Assembly: GCA_016780525.1 (NCBI GenBank)
Contig: JADHLR010000001.1
Location: forward strand, 1 to 51,603
From: Candidatus Puniceispirillum sp.
GTDB taxonomy: Bacteria; Pseudomonadota; Alphaproteobacteria; Puniceispirillales; Puniceispirillaceae
Length of the DNA stretch: 51,603 bases
Direction of reading: 5' to 3'
A program made the translations under genes and the position numbers. Every line of letters begins with the position of its first letter. Positions within the stretch are counted from its first letter, which is position 1. The notes beneath the pieces are model-generated. The model saw only the letters and a program-made list of their open reading frames with translations, was not told the DNA's origin and searched no databases. This document shows positions 30,279-39,448 of this stretch, piece after piece.

Positions 30279-31007
30279 CTATTTCCCCCAGCTGAAAACG
30301 GACTTTGCCGTGGCCCGTTTCAACCCGGAAATTGACACGGTCGGATTCAGCTCGTTTGGACAATAGCGCGCACAGCTTTGCTGCGCATGGCAGTTGTGAC
30401 AACCGCCTTCGCCAGACACCGCCTTTAACCGTTCTGCCTGGCCGGCATCGCGGCTGTCATTGAGCAGGCTCCAAGACCGGTTTAACGCCGCCGGGCCAAG
30501 ATAATCCGGGTTCGCCGCAACCACATCACAGGCCGCATAACACACAGCGCAATTGATACATTCAATCGCCTCACTCGCCGCCACACGCATCGGGTCTTGC
30601 GGGTCGATTGGCGCCATCGGGTCATGCCGCGTCTGGCTTGGTTCAAACACCGCATCGGCCGCCACCCATTTGTCAAAAAACGGGTCCATATCAACCGCCA
30701 GATCCTTAATCACCGGCAGGTTGCGCAATGGTGCGATTTGCAGATGGTTATCTTCGGCGACTTTCTGCACATGCGTCCGGCAGGTCCAGCGCGGCGCCCC
30801 ATTCACCATCATCGCGCATGACCCGCACATCCCCACACGACAGGCAAAGCGATAGGATAATGTCGGGTCACGCTGTTGCTGCACCCAGGCCACCACGTCC
30901 AGAATCGTCTGATTGTCACGGCGCGGCACTGCAAATTGTTGAAAGTGACCATCGCCATCTTGCTCGCGCCAGATTGACACGTCTAAAAATTGCTCAGAAC
31001 CAGACAC
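30279..31007 (-). CDS. Succinate dehydrogenase/fumarate reductase-like iron-sulfur subunit (SdhB-like)
   Basis: CRVGMCGSC...C (2Fe-2S), CINCAVCYAAC and CHAQQSCARYCP. GTG start at 31007 after AAAGGTG. Confidence 0.9.
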   Translation of the reverse strand: MSGSEQFLDVSIWREQDGDGHFQQFAVPRRDNQTILDVVAWVQQQRDPTLSYRFACRVGMCGSCAMMVNGAPRWTCRTHVQKVAEDNHLQIAPLRNLPVIKDLAVDMDPFFDKWVAADAVFEPSQTRHDPMAPIDPQDPMRVAASEAIECINCAVCYAACDVVAANPDYLGPAALNRSWSLLNDSRDAGQAERLKAVSGEGGCHNCHAQQSCARYCPNELNPTVSISGLKRATAKSVFSWGK

Positions 31008-31040
31008 CTTGTCACCTTTAATTGATTGAGGTTGAGAGTA

Positions 31041-31091
31041 TAGATAAAATTTATCTAACAAAAAGCAAATAATTCTTACTTTTTGTGTAAG
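31041..31091. promoter_or_regulatory. Inverted-repeat operator candidates in the AT-rich divergent LysR/sdhB-like intergenic region
   Basis: TAGATAAA-A-TTTATCTA (31041-31057) and CTTAC-N7-GTAAG (31075-31091). The second has a centred T-N11-A, the classic LysR box. Confidence 0.6.
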
Positions 31092-31158
31092 TTTTTATTA
31101 TGTTTTGCCCCTAAATAGTTTTGAACGTTAGTTGGTGAACAGACAGAGGGGGCTTGTC

Positions 31159-32061
31159 GTGTCTATCCGTCATTTACGCACCTTGTTGGCCATTCGAGAT
31201 CATGGGTCTTTTAGTGCCGCTGGCGATGCTATTTTGATCACCCATGCGGCGGTGAGCCAACAGATCAAAGCGCTTGAAGCACGCTGGAATGTGACGCTTT
31301 TTGACCGGCGTCCGCGCAGCCCGCAACTGACCCCACTGGGGCATGCCTTCACGGCAAAAGCCGAAGCGGTGGTGCGCGCCTATGATAACATGCTTGCCGA
31401 AATTATTGATGGCGCCGGATTTGACGACGATATCGGGCTTGGCGCGGTGCCAACAACATTGACCGGGCTGGTGCCGCTGGCGGTGTCACATCTCAAAAAT
31501 AATTTCAGCCAGCTTCATGTGGTGATCCAGCCGGGGCTGTCGACAGCCTTGCTACAGCAGATAGAGCGGCGGCAGATTGATGCCGCGATCATCACCCGCC
31601 CGGATATTTTGCCGCGCGGCTTTCGCTTTCGCGACATCGCCACCGAGCCGCTGGAGATTCTGGCACCGCCGCAAACATCCAGCGAGGATCCGCTATTTTT
31701 GCTCACCCATTATCCATTTATCCGGTTTGACCGGAATGCGATTGTCGGACAGATGGTCGAAGCGTGGCTGCAGGATCGCAATATCGCTGTGCAGGATAAT
31801 ATGGAGCTTGAAGACCTTGAGGCCATTTCCAGCATGGTCATGGCCAATCTTGGCGTATCGATCGTGCCGCAAAGATGTGTGCGTAATATGAACCCGTTGC
31901 CGATCAGACATATCAGCCTCGGGCCGGACTCGCCCAGTCGCCAGCTTGGGCTGGCCTATCGCGGCGATAGCAGCAAATTACATGTCATTGAGACGGTGTA
32001 TAAAACCCTGCTTGGGGCTGTTGCCAATGGCCGCTTCTCCGACAGTTTTGAATCGCTGTAG
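31159..32061 (+). CDS. LysR family transcriptional regulator
   Basis: HTH GSFSAAG...THAAVSQQIKALE...LFDR...LTPLG, and C-terminal MVMANLGVSIVP. GTG start after GAGGGGG. Confidence 0.93.
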   Translation: MSIRHLRTLLAIRDHGSFSAAGDAILITHAAVSQQIKALEARWNVTLFDRRPRSPQLTPLGHAFTAKAEAVVRAYDNMLAEIIDGAGFDDDIGLGAVPTTLTGLVPLAVSHLKNNFSQLHVVIQPGLSTALLQQIERRQIDAAIITRPDILPRGFRFRDIATEPLEILAPPQTSSEDPLFLLTHYPFIRFDRNAIVGQMVEAWLQDRNIAVQDNMELEDLEAISSMVMANLGVSIVPQRCVRNMNPLPIRHISLGPDSPSRQLGLAYRGDSSKLHVIETVYKTLLGAVANGRFSDSFESL

Positions 32062-32110
32062 CTGTGATCACCTAGCAAGGGATATTGTAATTAGGCTCTG
32101 CAAAACCGGG

Positions 32111-33262
32111 TTATGATCTGTTTGGCTGGGCAAATTCTTCGCGTATCGCGGTGCTGTTTGCCCCCAGATCAGGCACCGCGCCAAGCGGCGCCATCACGCC
32201 ATTCACCACCGCCCCGGGCGCCAGAATCTGTAATTCACCGCCAGTGGTACGCACCGTCACAAACCGGTTTTGCGGATGCGCGGCAAAATCATCCATCGTG
32301 TTCAGTCGGCCAAAGGCAATTTGAGCTGTCTGCAACATCACCGCCAGCTGATCGATCGAATGCGCGGCAAACACCGTATTAAGAATATCGTCAAGCGCGG
32401 CGCGGTTCTCCACCCGCTTCACATTTGAGCTGAATTTCGGATTTTCCGGCAAATCCGGCTGTTGCAACACATCACTGCAAAGACGCTGCCATTCACGCTC
32501 GTTTTGGATCGACAACAACAGCTGACGGCCATCACCACAGCGATAGGCACCATAGGGCGCAATCGTTGGGTGATGCAAGCCCGGGCGGCGGATGTCGCGG
32601 CCGCCATACTGGCTTTGGATATAGGGCACATTCATCCAGTCGGCCAGAGCATGGAACAGCGAGACTTCGATGCCGCGCCCTTTGCCGGTGCGGCTTCGCG
32701 CATAAAGGGCTTGCAGAATCGCCTGATGCGCTGTCATGCCGGCGGCGATATCGCAAATCGACACACCGACCCGGCCGGGCTGTTCGGGGGCACCGGTGAT
32801 CTCGGCCAGCCCAACCTCGGCCTGTACCAGAAAATCATAGGCTTTCATCTGTTGAAACGGGCCGTTTGAACCATAGCCGCTGATATCGCAGGTGATCAGA
32901 CCGGGGTCGGCAGCGCGCAATTCAGCACTCGACAGCCCCAGCCTTTCAAGCGCCCCGGGCATCAGATTCTGTATAAAAATATCGGCTTTGCTGATCATGT
33001 TTTTGAGAATCTGCAGATCATCAGCCTGTTTCAGATTGAGCGCCACGGATTCCTTGCCGCGGTTAAGCCAGACAAAATATGAACTCTGCCCTTTGGCATC
33101 GGCATCATAGCCCCGCGCAAAATCACCCTCGGGGCGTTCAACCTTGATCACCCGTGCGCCCGCATCAGCCAGCCGGCCAGCCGCATATGGCGCTGCCACC
33201 GCTTGTTCCAGTGAAATCACCAACAGCCCCTGAAGATCATCCGCACCTGTGGTCACTGTCAT
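32111..33262 (-). CDS. Family III (CaiB/BaiF) CoA transferase, itaconate/citramalate CoA-transferase (Ict)-like
   Basis: SLEQAVAAPY...LADAGARVIKVERPEGDFARGYD, FVWLNRGKES, KAYDFLVQAE and GVSICDIAAG. GAGGAG RBS. Confidence 0.88.
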   Translation of the reverse strand: MTVTTGADDLQGLLVISLEQAVAAPYAAGRLADAGARVIKVERPEGDFARGYDADAKGQSSYFVWLNRGKESVALNLKQADDLQILKNMISKADIFIQNLMPGALERLGLSSAELRAADPGLITCDISGYGSNGPFQQMKAYDFLVQAEVGLAEITGAPEQPGRVGVSICDIAAGMTAHQAILQALYARSRTGKGRGIEVSLFHALADWMNVPYIQSQYGGRDIRRPGLHHPTIAPYGAYRCGDGRQLLLSIQNEREWQRLCSDVLQQPDLPENPKFSSNVKRVENRAALDDILNTVFAAHSIDQLAVMLQTAQIAFGRLNTMDDFAAHPQNRFVTVRTTGGELQILAPGAVVNGVMAPLGAVPDLGANSTAIREEFAQPNRS

Positions 33263-33308
33263 TTGTCTCTCCTCAGATTCATCTTGCCTGATCCAACAAC
33301 CTGTCGGC

Positions 33309-34124
33309 TTACGCCAGCGATTCAAAATCCTGTTTGATCCGTTCGGCGCGCTTGATCACCGGCAGATCGATCATCGCCCCATCCAGCTTGACCGCTGACT
33401 GGCTGTCCGCCACCGCCGCCAAAACCGACAAGGCCCAGTCATAATCCGCCTGACTTGGCTGAAACACCGATTGCGCCGGCGCCACCTGCCGCGGGTGGAT
33501 CAGCAATTTGCCACCAAACCCCAAATCACGCGCACGTCGCGCCTCGGCCGACACAATCGCCGGGTCATCAAACGATACTGTCACCCCATCCAATGGCGGT
33601 GCCGCACCGGCCAACCGCGACTGCAACACCAGCTGGCTGCGCACAAAAAGCAGATTTTCCCACGCATCAGAGGCACCAATATCAAGCGAGAAATCAAGAT
33701 GCCCAAAGGCGCATAACGGCACATTCGGATGACCCAATAATGCAGCAACAGCATCCAGCCCGCGGGCGGTTTCAATAATCGGCAGAACCGGCATATCCGC
33801 ACCGACGCCATCACGCACCCGGTCAAGGTCGGCCGGGCTTTCCGCCTTTGGCAACACCACCATGCTGGCCGGGCTGGATCTTACCGCGTCAAGATCAGCT
33901 GCGAATGAAGATGAGTCCGGCGTGTTCACCCGCACCGCGATCGGCACCGGCATTGCCGCGCAATTTGCCAGATGCGCGCGGGCCGCTGGCTTGTCGCCCT
34001 CGGCCACCGCATCTTCAAGATCAATAATCACCATATCGGCACCGCTGGCGGCTGCCTTTGGTACAATATCGGCGCGATGACCGGGTACAAATAAGGGTAA
34101 TTTAGGAGGGGTTATAAGGGTCAT
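33309..34124 (-). CDS. CitE/Mcl-family CoA-ester lyase, (S)-citramalyl-CoA lyase (Ccl)-like
   Basis: LFVPG, SGADMVIIDLEDAV, LPIIETARG, FGHLDF, GFGGKLLIHPRQ and DGAMIDLPV. Confidence 0.88.
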   Translation of the reverse strand: MTLITPPKLPLFVPGHRADIVPKAAASGADMVIIDLEDAVAEGDKPAARAHLANCAAMPVPIAVRVNTPDSSSFAADLDAVRSSPASMVVLPKAESPADLDRVRDGVGADMPVLPIIETARGLDAVAALLGHPNVPLCAFGHLDFSLDIGASDAWENLLFVRSQLVLQSRLAGAAPPLDGVTVSFDDPAIVSAEARRARDLGFGGKLLIHPRQVAPAQSVFQPSQADYDWALSVLAAVADSQSAVKLDGAMIDLPVIKRAERIKQDFESLA

Positions 34125-34151
34125 GTTATTTTTCTCAAAAGATCATATCAA

Positions 34152-34970
34152 TTAGAGCGTAACCTCGGCAGTCATCGTCACGGTACCATTCGCCGCCCTG
34201 ACGCAACAGCCAAGCTGGCCAGCCTCAATTGGGTCTGCATCCACCATAATCGGATCGCTGCAAACCAGCGGGCTGACCCCACGATAGGCCATTTTCTGGG
34301 GCTGTTTGCCATTAATCTGGCAGGCCAGATTAAGCATCAATGTTGCCTGCAACGGGCCATGAACCAACAGCCCGGCATGTCCCTCACTCTGCGTCGAATA
34401 GGGCAAATCATAGTGAATCCGGTGGCCGTTAAAGGTCAGCGCGGAATAGCGAAACAACATCACCGGGTCAGCATTCACCTGCCAACGATGCGCTGGCGCG
34501 GCTGGCGTGGTGGGTGCCACGGGCGGTGATGCCGGGGTAACGATCTCGCGATACACAACATCATGTCGTTCGCGCAGGACAAGTGTATCGGCAACGTGAA
34601 ATTCATGCATCACCGCAATAAAGCAAAGATTACCGCTGCGCCCGGATTTAAATGTAATATCGTCGATCCGGCTGGTTTTGCGCACCGCGTCACCAATCGC
34701 AAACTGGCCATGAAACTCCACCCAGCCGCCAGCCCACATACGCCGCTCATAGGGGATTTCCGGCAAAAACCCACCCAGCTTTGGATGGCCGTCTGCGCCC
34801 AGTTGATCGGCGGCAACCACATCCGGGGCCAGACACCAGAACAAGCCGGGCGGTACCGGCTGATCAGCAAAGCAATGCGGTGCCAAACTCTGCTTAAAAT
34901 GCTCAACCATTCGCGGCGTGATGCTGTCATGCCGGGTGACGCTGTTGCCAATCCAACTGGAAAAATCCAT
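34152..34970 (-). CDS. Double hot-dog (MaoC) hydratase, itaconyl-CoA / mesaconyl-C4-CoA hydratase (Ich/Meh)-like
   Basis: DGHPKLGGFLP...RRMWAGG, KSGRSG and LFRYSALTFNGHRIHYD...LLVHGPL. Start at MDFSSW (34970). Confidence 0.87.
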   Translation of the reverse strand: MDFSSWIGNSVTRHDSITPRMVEHFKQSLAPHCFADQPVPPGLFWCLAPDVVAADQLGADGHPKLGGFLPEIPYERRMWAGGWVEFHGQFAIGDAVRKTSRIDDITFKSGRSGNLCFIAVMHEFHVADTLVLRERHDVVYREIVTPASPPVAPTTPAAPAHRWQVNADPVMLFRYSALTFNGHRIHYDLPYSTQSEGHAGLLVHGPLQATLMLNLACQINGKQPQKMAYRGVSPLVCSDPIMVDADPIEAGQLGCCVRAANGTVTMTAEVTL

Positions 34971-35016
34971 TACCACTTCCCTTTCATCCATCGTCTGATC
35001 ATTGTCTGCTGCCAGC

Positions 35017-36351
35017 CTATGACCGCAGATACCGCGCCATATCGGCGGCAGATATCGTCTCAATTGCCGCCATATTGTGCCATATCTCACCGGCCTTGGC
35101 GGCACCAAGCAGCGCGGTTGCTTTGGCCACGAGGCGGCTTTGCAGAACCGCGATATCAAGCGGCGCCATCAGATCAAATGCGTCTGTGCAAATGGTGCCT
35201 GATCCGATATCGGCCGACACCACAACGCCGCCATCACTAATCAGCTCGTCGCCGATCACGGTAACTTTGCCGGCTGTGGCAGCCAGCGCGGCATCGTCGC
35301 AGAGCGCATCATCATAGCTTTGAGTGGCAGCGGTATCAATCTGCTGCAAGACCATCGCCGCCAAAAACGCATAGCTGAATTTCACTTCGAGTCCGGTGCG
35401 TGGCCGCTTTATGTCGCATACCTTCAGCCATCTTGGATTGACCTTGATTGTCAGACTGAGCAGATTTTCGGCGGTCACATCCTGTTTTGCCATCAGCATG
35501 CGCAGCGCTTCGATCATCGCATGCGTGCCATGACAACAGGCGTGCAGCTTATGCCGGACATCAGCAAAGATAAATTTTGTCGGCGTTGTTTGTGGCCATA
35601 ATATTTCACAATCATCATGTTGCGGTTGATGCGCTGGCACAAATCCCTGCGGCCCGCCCAGCCCGTCACTGGCCGAGGTAAATCCGCGCCGGGCCAGCCC
35701 GCAGGCCTCGATCGCATTGGCCGCTGCCATGCCCGCATTAAAGGGTTTGCCCATTGTGCCAAATTGTGATTTCAGGCCGGATGCGCGGGTGCTGGCCAGC
35801 CCGAGAGCGCCGCACAAAGCCGCGCTGTCCAGCTGATATAACCGCGCCGCCGCAACGGTGGCACCAAAACAGCCAGCGGTCGCGGTTTGATGAAACCCGG
35901 CATCATAATGTCGCCGCCCCAAAACCATGCCAATGCGGCAACTGACCTCGGCACCAAGCAGGAACGCCTTGCAGACATCGGCGGCTGATGCGCCCACCTC
36001 TTCAGCCGCCGCCAGTGCCGCCGGAAAAATCGCCACCGATGGGTGCCCGACATAGGCAAAATGCGTATCATCATAATCAAGCGCATGCGAAATTGTACCA
36101 TTCGCCAGCGCCGCCGCCCGTGCCGGAAATTTTTGCGCGCTGCCGGTCACACTGGCTGTCGGCGTGCCAGCCTCGCTGGCGATAAAATCCCGCATGATCA
36201 CTGCCAACGGTTCGGCACTGCCAGCACAGCTGACCACCAGCCAGTCATAAAATGACAATTTTGCCGTGGCCAGCGCCGTCGCATCGAGCGCCGCATCATC
36301 AAGCGCCGCCAGATCCAGAATATGCGGCAACAGCTTTTCATAACGCATCAT
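35017..36351 (-). CDS. MmgE/PrpD family protein
   Basis: AALANGTISHALDYDDTH...GHPS, GFHQTAT, QFGTMGKPFNAG, KLHACCHGTH and GLEVKFS. Confidence 0.9.
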   Translation of the reverse strand: MMRYEKLLPHILDLAALDDAALDATALATAKLSFYDWLVVSCAGSAEPLAVIMRDFIASEAGTPTASVTGSAQKFPARAAALANGTISHALDYDDTHFAYVGHPSVAIFPAALAAAEEVGASAADVCKAFLLGAEVSCRIGMVLGRRHYDAGFHQTATAGCFGATVAAARLYQLDSAALCGALGLASTRASGLKSQFGTMGKPFNAGMAAANAIEACGLARRGFTSASDGLGGPQGFVPAHQPQHDDCEILWPQTTPTKFIFADVRHKLHACCHGTHAMIEALRMLMAKQDVTAENLLSLTIKVNPRWLKVCDIKRPRTGLEVKFSYAFLAAMVLQQIDTAATQSYDDALCDDAALAATAGKVTVIGDELISDGGVVVSADIGSGTICTDAFDLMAPLDIAVLQSRLVAKATALLGAAKAGEIWHNMAAIETISAADMARYLRS

Positions 36352-36388
36352 GTGATCCCTTTCTGCACGGCGGTTATAGTGACTCATC

Positions 36389-36444
36389 GTTGCGGCGACC
36401 CATGGCTACGGTGCCCCATGGTTGCGGCGACCCATGGTTACGAT
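36389..36444. repeat. 16-bp imperfect tandem repeat (~3.5 copies) in divergent intergenic region
   Basis: GTTGCGGCGACCCATG / GCTACGGTGCCCCATG / GTTGCGGCGACCCATG / GTTACGAT. Confidence 0.85.
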
Positions 36445-36560
36445 ACTGGGAAATAAAGTCAATGCGCCACTATGGCATTGCCAATCACCGGCAATCTGTT
36501 TCATCATGGGGGCGGCCATATGCACGCCAGTTTTGTTTTACGGTAAGGCAAGTAACAGCC

Positions 36561-38186
36561 ATGACATCACCCAGCACAGCAGTTATTCAGTCTTTGGCCA
36601 ATCAGGGCGTCGAGGTCATCTTCAGCCTGTCAGGCAATCAGATTATGCCGCTTTATGACGCCTGTATTGATGCCAATATCCGCATCATCCATACGCGTCA
36701 TGAAGGCGCCGCTGTCTATATGGCAGAGGCCTATGCGCAATTCTCTGGCAAAATCGGCGTGGCGTTGGTCACCGCCGGGCCGGGTCTGTTGAATGCGGTA
36801 TCCGCGTTGTACTCGGCCGCCCGTTCAGAAACGCCGCTGTTGTTGATCAGCGGTGATGCGGCCAGCCGGCTTGACGGGCAAGGCGCGTTTCAGGAACTCG
36901 ACCAGATCAGCGTGACCCGCCCGATCACTAAATTTTCGGCGCGGCCGACACAGCCCGAAGAGATGCTGCCGGCGCTTGAAAAAACCATCACAACAGCGCT
37001 TGCCGGCACCCCCGGCCCGGTGCATCTGGCCTTGCCGTTCGACCTGTTATCAGCCAGCAATGGGTTATCAGCCAGCATCGGGATGGCACCGCTACCACCC
37101 ATTGCACCAACGGTTGCCAGCGGCCTGTCGACAACGCAGACAGCTGAACTTACCGCCGCACTGCAACGCGCCGAACGGCCGATTGTGATCACTGGCCCGC
37201 AATGCAATCAAAGCCGTCAACCCGCCGCCAATGCGGCGCTGTCTGCCAGGCTTGGCATGCCGCTTATCTGCCTTGAGTCGGCACGCGGCCTTGCTGATAC
37301 ATTTTATGGCGATTTTCCCACCATTCTGGCCTCTGCCGACCTGATTATTCTGCTGGGGAAACTTGGTGATTATGCCACCGGCCTGTTAACGCCCGGGCGG
37401 ATTTCCGGCACCGTGTCGGTCATCGCCATATTGACCGATGACCAGCCCGCACCCACCCAAAACATGCGACCGATCACGCTGATGCGGGTCGGTGCCATTA
37501 CCGCCGCCATGCAGGATCTGGCCGCTGTGGTGACGGCCGCCGATGCCGGCTGGGCGGCAGAAGTTGAAAGCATGATCGCGCGCCGCAAACCATGGACAGC
37601 TAACGGCACAGGGCGTCATCCAGCGGCGGTCGCCAGCAGCCTGCAATCGGCAATGGACTCGGCAATGGATTCGGCAAGCCAGCCCATTCTGGTTGCCGAT
37701 GGCGGTGAATTTTGCCAGTGGATTCAGGCTGGCTGCACCGCCAATACGCGCATGATCAATGGCCCGTCAGGGGCAATCGGTGGCGGTATTTGCTATGCGA
37801 TTGGGGCCAGTATCGCGCGTCCTGAGGCGACCATATTTCTGACCATGGGCGACGGCACTGCCGGGTTTTATCTTGCCGAATTTAACACCGCGGTCAGAGC
37901 TGGATGTTCGATTGTCGCACTGATTGGCAATGATTATCGCTGGAATGCTGAAGTGCAGATTCAGATCGACAATTATGGCGCAGACCGGGTGTATGGCTGT
38001 GATCTGGATGCAACGGCAAATTATGCCGATGCCGCTGCCGGGCTTGGTGCCGATGCCACCACTATTGACGCCGCCGATGATCTTGACGCCGCCCTCGCAT
38101 TGGCGCTGAAGAAACCCGGGGTCAGCTGCCTGAATATTCTGATCGAAAGCTATGCCGCACCAAAATTTATTCCGATGAAATTATAA
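36561..38186 (+). CDS. Thiamine-diphosphate enzyme (acetolactate synthase-like / 2-hydroxyacyl-CoA lyase / benzaldehyde lyase-like)
   Basis: FSLSGNQIMPLYD, TRHEGAAVYMAEA, VTAGPG, GAFQELDQ and the ThDP motif GDGTAGF...GNDYRW. Start at MTSPST (36561). Confidence 0.88.
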   Translation: MTSPSTAVIQSLANQGVEVIFSLSGNQIMPLYDACIDANIRIIHTRHEGAAVYMAEAYAQFSGKIGVALVTAGPGLLNAVSALYSAARSETPLLLISGDAASRLDGQGAFQELDQISVTRPITKFSARPTQPEEMLPALEKTITTALAGTPGPVHLALPFDLLSASNGLSASIGMAPLPPIAPTVASGLSTTQTAELTAALQRAERPIVITGPQCNQSRQPAANAALSARLGMPLICLESARGLADTFYGDFPTILASADLIILLGKLGDYATGLLTPGRISGTVSVIAILTDDQPAPTQNMRPITLMRVGAITAAMQDLAAVVTAADAGWAAEVESMIARRKPWTANGTGRHPAAVASSLQSAMDSAMDSASQPILVADGGEFCQWIQAGCTANTRMINGPSGAIGGGICYAIGASIARPEATIFLTMGDGTAGFYLAEFNTAVRAGCSIVALIGNDYRWNAEVQIQIDNYGADRVYGCDLDATANYADAAAGLGADATTIDAADDLDAALALALKKPGVSCLNILIESYAAPKFIPMKL

Positions 38187-38218
38187 CTTTACTCAAACCT
38201 TTGGGCGTCTCATCGGGT

Positions 38219-39175
38219 TTAGTTAAATTGCGCCTCTTTTGCCCGCACCAATGCGACCAGCGTATCGTTGTAGGGGGTGGCGATCCCCAGCGCCGCACCC
38301 AGTTCCGGCACCATGCCGTTAATCGCATCAATTTCAGATTTTTTACCGGCAAAATGGTCAAGCCGCATAGACGGGTTGGCATCCGGCATCAAAGCGGCAA
38401 ATTTAGTGCCATAGGCAACCGCATCATCAAAAGAAAAATTGATGCCTTTCGCACGGCCGATGTGATAGGCCTCTAACATACAACCAAGCGCGACTTTGCG
38501 CCGCTGCGGGTCAGCGAATAATCCGCCGATAGTGCATTCAAATGCGGTACATGGCGCGCTGCACATGACATTACAGATGAACTTTTCCCACACAAGCTGA
38601 TGAATATCGGCAAAGGCCTGGGCGTTGAATCCGGCATTTTTCCAGATCGATTCAACCCATTTCAACCGCGCTGTGTCACCGCCATTTAACTCGCCGATCC
38701 GGATCAGCCGCATGGCATTGTGATGAATATGCCCGGCAGCTTTGATCGATGCGCCAAAACCCTCGGCAACGCCAAGCAGCACATTATCAGTCGACATATG
38801 CCGGGCAATCCGGTCGCCGGCACCAAGCCCGTTCTGGATGGTCAGCACCAAAGACGCAGGATGCATCACGTTCGCGATGCCGGCGGCGGCATCGCCCACC
38901 CCGCCCGCTTTTGTCGCAATCACATACAGGTCACAGGGGCCGGCGTCTGCGACAGACGGCACCGCACGGATGCCAGCCACCACACGGTCACCGCTGGCAC
39001 CCTCCAGCCGGAGACCAGCCTCGGAAATGGCGCTGATATGCGCGGCCCAGATATCAACAACAGTCACATCATATCCCGCCTCGGCGAACAGCCCGGCATA
39101 AACTGATCCCATGGCACCAGCCCCCACGACAGCTATTTTCGGGGTGGTTTTTGGCGGTTCAAACATATCTGACAT
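38219..39175 (-). CDS. Ketopantoate reductase (PanE/ApbA) family oxidoreductase
   Basis: VVGAGAMG, LTIQNGLG, WEKFICN and PSMRLD...KSEIDAING...TPYN. Confidence 0.88.
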   Translation of the reverse strand: MSDMFEPPKTTPKIAVVGAGAMGSVYAGLFAEAGYDVTVVDIWAAHISAISEAGLRLEGASGDRVVAGIRAVPSVADAGPCDLYVIATKAGGVGDAAAGIANVMHPASLVLTIQNGLGAGDRIARHMSTDNVLLGVAEGFGASIKAAGHIHHNAMRLIRIGELNGGDTARLKWVESIWKNAGFNAQAFADIHQLVWEKFICNVMCSAPCTAFECTIGGLFADPQRRKVALGCMLEAYHIGRAKGINFSFDDAVAYGTKFAALMPDANPSMRLDHFAGKKSEIDAINGMVPELGAALGIATPYNDTLVALVRAKEAQFN

Positions 39176-39203
39176 GGTTTGTTTCCTTTTTACCTACATT
39201 ATA

Positions 39204-39260
39204 GTTGCGGGGCTTCATCATGGTTTTGGGGCTTCATCATGGTTGCGGGGCTGGCATCAG
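39204..39260. repeat. 19-bp imperfect triple tandem repeat in divergent intergenic region
   Basis: GTTGCGGGGCTTCATCATG / GTTTTGGGGCTTCATCATG / GTTGCGGGGCTGGCATCAG. Confidence 0.85.
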
Positions 39261-39448
39261 CGCTGCCGGTCAGCGTTATTTTGCCGGCGGCAACCTGTCG
39301 CGCCAACTGGCACTTTATCCATGGTTTTGCATGTTTAAAATAGTTTTCAGTCTGGAAGTTCTGCCAAGATCGGTCTAAACTTTTGCGCAAGGCGGTGCGC
39401 TATGCATACGGCTTGCATCATTATTTTCGTCAGACCATCGGAGCCCCC

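Noticed and set aside
36252-36560. N-terminal extensions in the ORF track (ThDP enzyme; likewise hydratase beta, Ich-like, SdhC-like, PhoR)
   Set aside because: They overlap neighbouring genes or repeats; downstream ATG/GTG starts with RBS or stop-start coupling fit better.
36561-38186. Sulfoacetaldehyde acetyltransferase (xsc) or biosynthetic ilvB/ilvI
   Set aside because: It lacks the Xsc N-terminal GIIGSA-type motif and the AHAS FGYPGG motif, and no pta or ilvH is adjacent.
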